64,000 nucleotides of DNA, from contig NC_087451.1 in NCBI RefSeq assembly GCF_036321535.1, forward strand, positions 47,926,001 through 47,990,000. The letters run 5' to 3'. A program made the translations under genes and the position numbers. The notes under the pieces are model-generated. The model was not told the origin of the DNA and made no database searches. It saw only the letters and a program-made list of their open reading frames with translations. Of this stretch, positions 1 to 14,198 are shown piece by piece; positions within the stretch are counted from its first letter, which is position 1, and every line of letters starts with the position of its first letter. The stretch is from Camelus dromedarius. Lineage: Eukaryota.

Positions 1-296
1 GAAAAGTTAATTGCAGGCGAGGGCTGGAAGAATGGGAACGGGGAGAAAGGGACAGGGGTCTTTCTTCCCAAGTGACAGCCTCTGAGCTTTAGTTTCCGGG
101 ATCTGTCAAATGGGGATAATGTGACTGCTTTGCCAGGCCTGCTGTGAAGCTAAAGAAGAATGTGCAAGTAGAGCACCCCTGGTGGACAGACGCATTATTA
201 AGTGAGTAGTTTGCAAACGACGGGCAACGAGGAAAGTTGCTCTGGAAGGCCTTCTTATAGCGGGGTCTCCACAGGGTAGTCCCCTGACTGGCTCAC

Positions 297-3200
297 CAGT
301 TAGGCAGGCTGTGAAGAGGTCCCCACAGGCCACATGCTTGATGGTCACACCTGACTGGCCCTCCAGGAAACGGGAGACGAACTGGGGATGCTGCTCAACT
401 GCTCCCGGAAGGAGGGAGCCCCCTGCGGCGCCTAGGGGCGGGGCCTGCGAGGGGAGACGAGAGGGCGTGGCCGGCGCCTGTGCGCCCGGCTCCTGACACG
501 CAGCCCCCAGCCCCCGGCCCCAGACCCGCGTCCCCCTCCCTCCAGGCACACTCCAGCCGGCTCACCTCCCACAGGATGAGGCGCCCAGAGCGCGTGACGC
601 CGGCCTTCTGCGTGCGCCCGGCTGCCACCTGGACCACCTCTGTGTTGAGCATTGGCAGCCGCAGGGGCGCGCTGAGCCCACCGCCCCACGCGTACACCGA
701 CGACAGCGGCGGCGGAATGGCAGGCCGTGTGGGTCCCCGAGGGACGCCTGCAGGGACAGCTCATCAGGCCTTTTAAACTGATGGGAATGCCATAGCGTCC
801 TTGGGAACCCGGGCGGTCGTCCCGACTTACCTCTGCAACGGGCGCTGGTGGTCCTGTTCCCTGTGCTGCCAGGGGCCATCGGTGGCCCGGTGGCTAGGGA
901 CTTTTCTGCCCTGCGGGACAGATGGGGACCTCAGGACAAGGACCCTCCTTGGCATTCCCACACGCAGCAATGGAGGGCTTGCCATGCGCGCCCCTCTGCC
1001 CCAGGCCTACTATGCTCCCCACCCTGCTGCTGCCCAGGGCCCCCTTCCCTGCTCCCTGCACCGGCCTCCGCATGCGGACGCTGCCCAGGTCGGTGTGGAG
1101 GTTGAGGAGCGCACGGATGCAGAGGGGCTGTGCCATGATGTGGCTGAGCGGTGGCCGCTGTGCGGGCTCCAGGCTGAGCAGACTCAGAACCAGCTGGCGA
1201 AGCTCAGGGCTGTACCGGTCAGAGATGGGCGCAAAGGTGCCACTCATGATCTTCAGCACCAGCGCTGGCAGGTTCTGTGAAGGCACCAATGTGGGACTGG
1301 CCAGAACCTCAGGCCAGGCTCTTAAACAGTAGCACCCCCAGCTCCAGCCCCAGCCCCAGCCCCTAGCCTTGGGTGGTCATAGCCCTGCAGTCAGAAGCCT
1401 TTTCTAGTGAGGGGATTCCCAGGAAGACAGGGAAGCCAAACCCTGCTTTTAAGAACCTGATAGGGGAGCTGCAGCTATGTCCTCAGAAATCCCAGGTTGT
1501 TGGGAGAACTCAAGTCTTGCCCTTCAGAGGTCCCTAATCTGATGGGAGGGCCCTGCCCTCGGGAGCCCTCAGTTTAATGGGGGGACCCAAGGCCCACCAT
1601 CAGGAACCCATAGTCTGAGGGAAGCCACAGACCCGGCGTGGGGTAACCCACTAATCTGATAAGAGAGAGATAACTCAGCCACAGAAGAAACACAGAAGTG
1701 GTTGGTGCCAAGCACTTCAGGGGGGAGGAGCTAGAGGTAGAGATTTCCCAGTTGTCTCCTTGGTGAAGCTTACTCACCGCAGCCTCAAAGGCCCTCTTAA
1801 GGCTGGCGAGCTCATAGAGGACACAGCCCAGGGCCCAGATGTCACTCTTCTGGTTGTAGGGCTTGCCCTCACACAGTTCAGGGGAGATGTAGCATGGAGT
1901 ACCCACCACCTGCAGGAGGGAAGCTAGTATTTCAGCCTGGAGGTGGGAGGACCAAGGCTCTGCCCACAAGCCTACTTAGAGATAGATTCTCCCTAAAGCA
2001 GACAAAAGTGCTTCCTTCTGCAGCCAGGAGCTAAGGGGCCAAGGTCCTGGGGGTGGGAATGAGGTGGGGATAGGGATGTAGAGTGGGCCTCAGCCCTCAA
2101 AACCTCCAGCACCGTTACGGTCCCCTCCATGCCCAGGCACCGTATAGGCCTTGCTCTTGCTGCTAAGGATCTTGGAGATGCCGAAGTCACCGATCTTGAC
2201 GACCATGCGGTGTTTGTCTAGAAGGATGTTTTGGGTCTTGAGGTCCCGGTGCAGGATAAGGTGGGTGTGTACATGATGCAGCGCCAGCAAAATCTGCACA
2301 AAGAAGTGCAGGATGGTCTCCTCCTCCAAAAGGGAATTACAACGCTTCTGGATGAACTCAGCCAGGGTGCCACCTGCAGTCACAAGAGACTAGTTAAGAT
2401 CGAGGTTTTCCATGCCTAAGACTCTCCTTTATATGAAATCAAAGGCCCAGACAGGGCAAGGCCCTACTAGTGACACACAACTGGGGTCGGAACTCTATAC
2501 CTCTGACCCTCAGCCAAGCCCATTCCAAGCTGATCAGTGCCTGCCCGTCCCAGAGGTGCAGCCAGGCCAGTGCAAGGAGGCTGGCCTACCTGGTGCATAT
2601 TCCATGGCGATCATGAGGGCCTTGTCCTCCAGGAAGTTCTCGTAGTACTCAATGACATTGGGGTGGTTGAGCAGCTTGAGGACCTGGCACTCGTTCTGGG
2701 CTGCCTGCCGCTCTTCTTTGGTCATTTGCTCCACTGGGATCTGCTTGATGATTACCAGCTTCTGGTCAGCCTTGCGCAGGCACAGGTGCACGATCCTGAG
2801 GACAGAGAGTATAGTAGTGGGTACCAGCTGAGCCTCCAACCACCTATCAGGCAGGGCAGACCTGGTGACTGGGTTTTCCTTAGGAGAGGGCAATGGGCAC
2901 CTAAACTAAGAGGTCATCTAAGTAAGTGCACAGAACGCTGAGTTTAGGAATGAGGAGAACTGACCACAAATTGTGTGACACTTTGGGCAAGTCATTTAAC
3001 TCATCTGGGACTGTTTCACCCCAGGCACAATGAGGTAAAGTTGTTTTGGGCTCTGTAAGTCCCCACAGACTCTGGATTTAACTGCCTGGGTTCAAATCCT
3101 GACTCCTCCTGTTACTAGTTATCTGGTCTTAAATTATGTAGCCTCAGGATCTGGAAAATAGGATCAATCTCACAAGGTTGTTGAGAAGATAGAACGAGAA

Positions 3201-4854
3201 AATGCATGGACTGCACTTAGCACAGTGCCTGGCACATCAAAATTACTCAGTGAGTGGAAGCCATTTATAGTATTATTTTCTTCCAACTCTGTAGTCAGTG
3301 TCTATTAAGAAGACTTTGGTTCTTTCTCATTCACCACTATAGCCCCACTGCATAGCCTAGTGCATACCCCAGCACATAGTAGGAGCTCAAGAAATATCTG
3401 CTGAATGATGTACTATAAGATGATCATCTATGTATTAAATGTATATCTCTAGCTCAGACCTCTCCTCTGAGCCTCAGACTTACATATCCAACTACCTGCA
3501 TTGCGTCTCTACCTGAATGGCTCGCAAGCATCCTAAATTTTAACAAGTTCAAAATAAAAACTCCTGATGCCTGCCTTCAAAACCTTTCCTTCCTCAGTTT
3601 CTTCCATATCAGTAAATGATACCACTGTCCCCCAGTTATTAAAGTCAGACATCTGGAAATTATGCCAGAATCTTTCCTCTATCTGACACTAACACATCAA
3701 TAAATCATGTTTCTACCTCCAAGATACTGTGAACCTACCCATTTTTCTCTGTATCTTGTACTATAACCCTTGCCCAAATCATTTCTTGCCTAGAATACTG
3801 CACTAGACTCTGAATGGTCGCTTTCACTCTTGTCACTCTCAAATCTAAATTCCACGCAGCAGCCAGAGTGACATTTTAAAAATGCAAATCAGGGGGAGGG
3901 TATAGCTCAAAGTGATACAGCACATGCTTAGCATGCATGAGGTCCTGGGTTGAATCCCTAGTACCTCCCCTAAAAAGTAAATAAACAAATAAATAAACAT
4001 AATTACCTCCCCCCTCAAAAAAAAACCTAAAAAAAAAATACAAATCATATCAAGATCATGCCTTTGCTTAAACCTGTTTCCTTTACACTGCAAATAAATC
4101 CAACTCCTTTACTCCAGCCTGCAAGGCCATAATCTGGTTCCCGCCCTTTGTGACAATCACATTCTATTCCATTCTTTACGTTGCTCGCTACTTTCCAACT
4201 ACATTGGACTTTTTCTCAATTCTTGAATACTCTGAATTCTTTCCCATGTGAGGACTTTCGCATAAGCTGTTTCCTCCGCCTGAAAAGCTCTGCCTTCTTC
4301 AGAATTCTGGTCCTCATTTCTCAAGTCTTGGCGTTAAATTTCACCTCTCAGAGAAATTTTCCCTGACCACCACAAACAAATGCTCCCTGGTGCCGTACTC
4401 TTTTCTCGCAGTTTCTTAATCACTTCTTTAACAATGTTCTGTTTCTTGTATAATTTTCCTATAGTCTGTAAGCTCCGAGAGGGAAAAGACCAAGCCTATT
4501 TTGGTCTTAGCTATATATCCAGCACAGAGAGCCAGACACATATAGTTGCCGCTCAGTATCTGTTGAATGAAGAAGTCAGGATCAAAGAACAGAACTCTGC
4601 CGTGGGCGCCAAAAGGCTGGCCGGGGGCGTGACCTCTTTGGGGGCGGAGTTTCCCGACCTCGACCAGGACCGGAAGCCTGGGCGGGGCTTCCCACCGTGG
4701 GCGCTCACGCCTCGGGGCGGGGCTAAGCGGGCAATGATTTCGCGGTCGGAGTTGGGGCTTATATTCTCTCTCCCCGAGCAATTTCCTCCCCCAGAGCCCT
4801 GGCTCACCCGAAGGCACCTCTCCCCACCACTCGGATCCGCTCGTACTTCTCCAT
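297..4854 (-). CDS. NEK8: NIMA-related kinase 8, exons 1-8 (kinase domain plus start of RCC1 repeats); 3' part lies outside the window
   Basis: Exons: 4808-4854, 2590-2795, 2141-2373, 1778-1909, 1066-1274, 831-910, 566-747, 297-444. Phases are consistent. Translation [49 protein letters not shown]. Intron 5 needs a GC donor. Confidence 0.97.
3070..3270 (+). mobile_element. MIR SINE remnant (approximate limits)
   Basis: Recognisable MIR motifs: ctgggttcaaatcctgactc ... gcacttagcacagtgcctggcaca. Confidence 0.65.
3290..4570 (+). mobile_element. L2 LINE remnants in NEK8 intron 1, interrupted by a SINE
   Basis: L2 3'-end motifs (cccagcacatagtaggagctcaagaaatatctgctgaatga; cagacacatatagttgccgctcagtatctgttgaatgaa) and L2-like body (agacctctcctctgagcctcagacttacatatccaactacctg). 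Confidence 0.6.
3892..4033 (+). mobile_element. tRNA-Ala-derived SINE (camelid vic-1-like)
   Basis: Head GGGGAGGGTATAGCTCA..GCTTAGCATGCATGAGGTCCTGGGTTGAATCCC, AT-rich linker, TAATTACCTCCCCC and A tail. TSD AAAAATGCAAATCA (3878-3891) / AAAAATACAAATCA (4034-4047) after TTTT (L1 endonuclease site). Confidence 0.85.
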
Positions 4855-5470
4855 CTCATTTCTCAGAGTCACATTTCCGGAACCCCGACGCCTAAACGCG
4901 GCGCGTGCGCGGACCCTCCCTCCCTGGAGCCACGCCCCCTGTACTGTAAAATAATTGCGGGGTGGAGCAAGTGGAGCTAGGTGTTGATTCCACCTCTCAT
5001 CTGTCTTGGCTGATTTGCACTGTTCTTGCAGCCCGAATCTGCAGTCAGTCTAACAGGGTTCAAGAAATGGGCGATATGCCATTTCTTGGCGCGCTCTGTA
5101 AAGGCCAACACGGTACCAGCCACTTAAATGTGGCCGCATCCGGCCCTCGCAAATCTCCCTTAGACCAGAAGGGTTCTCCGCGCAGACCGAGTAAGGGTGG
5201 GAAACGAGGATCGACTTCTCTCTTTCCCCTTCTTTGCCCACTAGTGACGCTGTTTCCGAAGGAGAGGGCAGATTCTCATTGGCACGCAAACGATAAACAC
5301 TACTAAAACAACCGAGAGCGTCGGCGCTCTCGGTCTGTGGGGGCAGGGTGCAGGATTAGTTTCGTGTTTGCCTAGGGAGGGACCGGGGAAACCCTGAGCT
5401 GCGCAAGTTGATTCACCTAGGGAGAACGTAACACGATCTCCAGGCTGTCCCGACTAGCGAGCACCGCGCT
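4590..5470. promoter_or_regulatory. CpG island around the NEK8 first exon and promoter
   Basis: High CpG density and GC boxes surrounding NEK8 exon 1. Confidence 0.7.
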
Positions 5471-6659
5471 CTTCAACACCCATAATTCCCCCGATGCACA
5501 CATACAACGCTGCCTCCTACAGCACTCAACTAGGGAGGAACTCCTTGGGGGACAATGGGAGGGAAGTGGACCACTATCTGAAAGCTTCGGGGAGAGGAGG
5601 AAAGACAGTCGTTTGGGTTATAGAGGTTCAAGGCTTCTGCCCAGAGGTTGGGGGCTGGTTAGTACCAATGTCTAAGATCTTGACCGGAAGTAGGTTTAAT
5701 TCCAGGTGTCTCCCGGCGCCTCCTGATCTTCACAAGTTCCATAAAAGCTTAGTTAAGGAAGCAGGAAGGATGGTGATTAGCGTCCCTATTTCTGAGTGGG
5801 TGAGGAATGTGAGGAAAGGGGTGTTTATCTTCCGCTCCCACCCTGTCCCTTGAAAGGGTGCCTATACTACCCGCGTGGAATGACTGCTGGAAGGGCCCTG
5901 TGAGGGCCCCTCGGTCGCTGGCTCAGACTGGTGTGGCTGGCGGACAAAGCTACCCTGTGAGCAAAGGGGAGCCTAGGGGGAGAAAGCTGCTCAGCCGGGA
6001 CACTCCGTGCTCTCACCTAGAAACCATAGTTGACCCAGTAGCCCCACAGCGGTTAATGTGTAAGCTTGGAGCCTTCGGGGAGGCAGAGCAAACACCCAAA
6101 CTGCTTGGCGCCTCAGGCTTCTGGCTTTTCCTCCCTTTTGTAGAACCTCCTCACCCCTCTGCCTCAACTACTCCCATCTCCTTTACCCCTGCCCTCGGTT
6201 CTTCACTGCCCTTCCGTTCGCGTAATCTGGCTAACTCCCCACAACCAACAACCTTGTTTCTTCGGCGGCGGGAGGGATTTGGCGCCACGGTGAGGACAGG
6301 CTGACACCTAGTGGCTGCGATCTGCAACTGCTCCAGGCCGCCGGCCTGCAGAGTGAGGGTCACTCCAGCAGCCTGGGCCCGCCCCAGCCTCCAGGGAGCA
6401 GGGAGAATAGACCTGGGGACTGTCTGAGGGAGGACTGCGACTGCCGCTCGGCCCCAGGAGCATAAGAGCTTGGGAGAAGGGGCGGTGATGGGTTAGTCGA
6501 CAGTTTCTAGGCACTGACTCGGTGCGGAACGCGGTAGAGGCAGGTAAACATACTCGTCTCTCGCCTGAAGAAACTAGTGATCCAATGCAAGAACAGGGTC
6601 CAAATGGAGATCACTGTCAGAAGCTGGGCACCGGCCCGTCCCCAGCACCAGGGATTAAA

Positions 6660-7400
6660 AGACGTGGGTGTGTGACGGGTCACGCCCAGCTCTGCCCAGA
6701 AGGGAGTTGAGGGCGGAGAGAAAGCTCTCTCAGTACCTGCCCAGGCAGAGGAGTCTGGACCCCCGGAAAAAGGTAGGGTGCGGGTTAACGAGACGAAGTG
6801 AGCGAGCAGGACTCCGTCGGCAGTCGGGAGGCGCCAGCGAGGGATGGCTCGGTGGCGGCGCCCCTAGGACAGCCGCCTTCCCCTTAAGTCCGCGAGAGCC
6901 CGGCAGGGCCCAGGGGCCCCCGGGAAACGCCGCTTGAGCCCTCTGAGCTACAGAGGCACTGGAGGGGCGGGGACAGGCGGAGGCGGGGCGGGGGCGCGGG
7001 CGGTTGGGGGCGGGGGCAGAGGCCGGCAGGGAGGGGACGGGAGGGGAGAAGGGGCCTACAGGGCTCCGCGGAAACCGTGTGTGAGGCTGGCGGCCGGCGG
7101 GAGAGGCGTCTGGGGTGAACTGGCCCGAGAGGGAGCCCCGTTCCCGAACAGCCCGCGGAGGCCGCCTAGAGGGCGGACAGGTAGAAGGCAGGGAGGGCCA
7201 GCATGCCCCCAGTGCCGCTCCCCGTCCTGCTGCTGCTCCTGGGCGCCACGCTGACCTTCCGGGCGCTCCGACACACGCTCTGTCGCCTGCCCCTGCCTGC
7301 ACACGTGCGCGCCGACCCCCTGCGCACCTGGCGCTGGCACAACCTGCTCGTCTCCTTCACTCATTCCATTGTGTCAGGGATCTGGGCACTGCTGTGGTGA
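6660..7400 (+). promoter_or_regulatory. CpG island and G-rich TLCD1 promoter
   Basis: Dense CpG and GGGGCGGGG runs at 6960-7060, directly upstream of the TLCD1 ATG. Confidence 0.7.
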
Positions 7401-8774
7401 GTGAAGGACTGGGGGAGTGAAGGAGGCTAGGGGATCCCGCATTACTTGCCGCATCACTCACCAGCGGGCTGAGGCCCAGGCAGTCTCACCTGATTCCCAG
7501 TTTAGAATGCTGTCCAACCAGGAACTGCAGCAGCCCCAGGGGAGGGGGGTGGTGTCTCACCTAGGAAATGGGAGACACCTGGGTTTAAGCCGAGCTCCTC
7601 CGAGCTCCGCAGTCAGCCAATAGCGTCAGCCCAGACTCCCCGAGGACTAGCAAGGGTAATGGGGGAAGTTGTGCGTCCTTGGGGATACCGAGATGATGAG
7701 AGCCTACCTTCTTCCCTCCCTTCCAGTATATGGCAGACCCCTGAGATGCTGGTGGAAATTGAGACAGCATGGTCGCTTTCTGGCTATCTGCTCGTTTGCT
7801 TCTCCACAGGTGGGTCTTGCCCAGGAAGCATTAAATAGGTGGGGGGACAGGGATAAGCTTGTTCAGTCCCCTTAATACCTCTTCCCCCACCCCTCCCCTA
7901 GGGTATTTCATCCACGACACCGTGGATATCTTGATTAGCCATCAGGCACGAGCTTCTTGGGAATACCTTGTCCATCATGTCATGGTAAGTGAGAAGCAGA
8001 GGATATTGTATAGGCTTAGTGCTAGCAACCTAGTCTCAGCCCTGTCTTTTTGAACCTGGGAGGTATAGGCCATCTTTCAACACCACTCCAATGACGCCCT
8101 GCATCTTCTCATGCTAGAATGCCTTAGGTTGACTGTCTGTGCCCTTGATTCACTATTTGAGGCCAGCAATCAAGGCCTCACCTTCTTAGACTGGAAACTC
8201 CACCCAGACCAAGGACCTCTGGGCAGGGATCAAAATGCAGTGTTGAATCCACTGTAAACTCTTCCCAGAAGAAAGCAAATAGGGGAGCATTTCCTAGCCC
8301 TTAAATCGGTAGCCTTGATATTCTCACCAACTTTCCAGTTAAAGTCTTGGCATGTGAATTCCCTAACACGTTCTCTCCCTTGCATTGTAGGCCATGGGTG
8401 CCTTCTTTTCAGGCATCTTTTGGAAAAGATTTGTTGGTGGGGGCGTCCTAACACTGCTGGTGGAGGTCAGCAACATCTTCCTCACTATACGAATGATGAT
8501 GAAGATCAACAATGCCCAGGATCTCCTCCTCTATCGGGTGAACAAATATGTCAACTTGGTCATGTACTTTCTCTTCCGCCTGGCCCCTCAGGCCTACCTT
8601 ACCCATTACTTCCTGGGTTATGCTGGCCAGAGGACCCTGGGAACCTTTCTGCTGAGCATCTTGCTCTTGCTGGATGTCATGATCCTCATCTACTTTTCCC
8701 GCCTTCTCCGCTCTGACTTTTGCCCTGACCGTGTTCCCAGCCAGCAACACAAAGACAAGTTCTTGACTGAATGA
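7203..8774 (+). CDS. TLCD1: TLC domain-containing protein 1, 247 aa
   Basis: Exons: 7203-7396, 7727-7809, 7902-7984, 8391-8774 (744 nt, all GT-AG). Motifs RTWRWHNLLVSF, GYFIHD, EYLVHH, EVSNIFL, FRLAPQ; ends KDKFLTE*. Confidence 0.96.
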
Positions 8775-9372
8775 AAAGCAGAGCTGGGAACTTGTGGCAA
8801 GGACAGCAAACACAGCCAAGAACAGCCCCACACATAAATGAAGACTTATCCCCTTGCCGGAGGCATCCTCTGGGGCCAGCCTCTTCACCCGCTATTGCAA
8901 ACCCTAATGAAAGCACTCCTCTGAAGTTCTTGTTCTTTCTTGGACAAGGGGTGAAGGAAGCAGACAGACTGGTTGGGCATGGTAGATGGGTGTGGGGGAA
9001 AGGTGCACCCAACCCACATTGCCCTGAATGGATGCTAATGAAGACTGCGGATCTCTTCCAGGGATAAAGGTGTTCTTGTAAAGCTTCTTGCTTGTTCTCT
9101 TTTTTACCTCTATGATGGAGACAAGTTGTAGTTGTCCTAGGACAACCAATCCTAATGTGGGTCATAAGTATCTCTGCTATAAATTTGGTGAAGTGATAGG
9201 GCTGAATGTTACAACACAATAAGCAAACCAAGAATCTTGCCCAAGCCCTGTTATTTACTTAGGTGTGTATATATCACAGTATGGCCTCCCCCAGACCAAC
9301 CAGAAATCAACATAAAGACAAGAAGCATACAGTAAAAATTTTTATATTTAGAATTAGCCAGCTGGACTGAGT

Positions 9373-12359
<2,987 letters not shown>

Positions 12360-12365
<6 letters not shown>

Positions 12366-12520
12366 CTTCGTGAAAAGGGTTTCGTAGTTCTGGTCCCGCA
12401 AGCTTATAGCGCCAAGTCTCACCGAAAACTCGCGACGCTTTTTATTTAAAGCTGATTGGATAACCTGCAGCCGCAGCGCCCGCCGGGAATGGTAGTTAGA
12501 TTTAGTTTCCTCGCGAGAGA
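12360..12520 (-). promoter_or_regulatory. RPL23A core promoter: 5'TOP tract, TATA-like box, YY1 site
   Basis: Minus strand: TATAAG (12403-12408) about 25-30 nt upstream of CCCTTTTC, AAGATGGCG (YY1 consensus) over the ATG, and TCTCGCGAGG near 12509-12518. Confidence 0.75.
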
Positions 12521-13637
12521 GCCTAAACTAGCACCACCCCTCGGCTTGTCAGATACTAAAGCTTCACGGGTGTTGTAGTTTTTTTGCGACACGTGTTTAT
12601 TTGCTGCGGCGGGTAGATGAAGTAGTCCGCTACTGCGCGGATCTGATCCTGAGTGTTTCGCATTTTGAGCAACTTAAGGGAAGAGGATTACAGTTCCAAG
12701 AGACAGTAACACTGCAAACTGGAATTAATATACTGTAGTTAGATTGGCTCAGGTAGAGTAAAGCAAAATTCTAGAACGGTAGAGCAGAATTTGTGCAGTC
12801 CAACTCCCTCAGACAACATCTGTGGAAACTGAGGTCGAAAGAGGGGACGGCTTATTAATAACACAGTGATTCCGGGGAAGAAAAAAGTCAGGCGGAGGAG
12901 AGGAGCAAAGTGTCAGAGAAGGTGGGTGGTGGTCACATCTGTCCCTCGTACCAGTGGCAGATTTCATGCGTTTTCCCTATTTCATGTGATTTCTCATGAA
13001 GAGATTCAACAGATATTCCAAACACCTAGGGCACAGATTTCTCCAGGATTCGCTCTTCTTGTGAATACTTTCATTCACAGTCCCCTCCCTTTAAGTAGTC
13101 TTCCCTGCCTTGCTCCAGGCATCTTTACATCCTCAAATTCAGTTCCTGACGCAGAGCAAAGTTTAGTAAATCTCAGGTTTGCTTCTCTGTGCTTTTCCCA
13201 CACCCACACGGCCTTTCTGCCATCTCCCTCCCCTCTTGGAATCAGGGTTCCCCTTTGAAGATGAGATTTGTTATGTGCTATCCCCTCTTCTATCTTGCAG
13301 ACTGCGAAAAGGAAAAGTTGTCCTTGAGGGGATGGAGATTTCCAGTGGGGACAGAGCGAAGAACGCCCACACTGGTGGGGCGTCCCCATGTCCCAGAGCA
13401 GTGAACTCTTCGAAGGGCCGAATTCTCGGTTCCCCTAGCCCTCTTTTATCCTCCATTGAGGGAGGCAGCTTGGTTTTTGGCCCTCCAACAATTCAATCTA
13501 CAGGGCAGCCTAGGAGGAAAAGGCACTGGAGTTCGGACATCTCTCTCCTTGGTGAGCACTTCGTTCCGACCCTACTACTCCCTCTAAGCTCTCTCCCACC
13601 ACCCCCCAGGGTAGAAGGGCGAGCGGGGGCAGACCCT

Positions 13638-13779
13638 ATGAGTCACGTCCTGGCCCTGGAGTTGAGGGAAGCGCCGCCTCTCCTAGAGCCCCTTCTCTCC
13701 CTCTTTCCCCTCCCGCTGGTTCCTGGCACAGCTAGATGCTGCGCAACAGCCACCGATTCCCCATCACCAATTCGTCTGG
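13638..13779 (+). other. RAB34: Upstream alternative RAB34 exon (orthologue of the long N-terminal isoform exon), frameshifted here
   Basis: ATG 13638 gives MSHVLALELREAPPLLEPLLSLFPLP, similar to the recalled human long isoform N-terminus. Donor GG|gtaagg at 13779/80; acceptor ttctcag|G at 14588/89. Confidence 0.6.
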
Positions 13780-14198
13780 GTAAGGGTCCCCATGGACGCG
13801 CCGCTCGGCACCGGCGGTGCAGAGGAGGGCGACCTGGGGGATGGATCCCCATCTTGGCAGGTTCCAGCCTGGGTGGCGGCGATCCTGGTCCCCGGTGAGG
13901 CGTCGGGCGGGGGAGCCTGAGCTGGGGCAGCGCCGGAGGGAGGAGAGGAGGGGGAGGCCGGGGCTGGCTGCGAGGCAGGGAGCTGCTGGGAGAGGGGCGG
14001 GGGGCGGCCCTTCTCCAGGAATTTCCGGGGATCAAGTTACAGCACTCGCCGAGAGAGAGCCGAGTGTGACGCGAGGCCCTGCAGTGGTCTGGGTCCCTCG
14101 CCCCCTCCTCCAGCAGTCCACCGGCCTTGCTGCGCGGTCCCTGCCCACACTGACCCCGAGTGGCGGGGCCGCGCCGCGCCCCCCCGGACCTCTCTGTT

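Noticed and set aside
3892-3970. Functional tRNA-Ala genes (also 63212-63283 and about 63815-63888)
   Set aside because: Degenerate stems, shared tail modules, poly(A) and TSDs identify them as SINEs.
5360-5430. RFX X-box in the promoter of ciliary gene NEK8
   Set aside because: Only partial matches to GTNRCC-RGYAAC; not supportable.
6730-7420. Long ORFs overlapping the TLCD1 promoter, including a possible N-terminal extension
   Set aside because: ORF 7115-7420 is out of frame with TLCD1 and starts at GTG; the others are antisense low-complexity ORFs.
13179-13898. 239-aa ORF as an independent gene
   Set aside because: GC-rich promoter read-through from a non-ATG start; only the 13638-13779 part has exon support.
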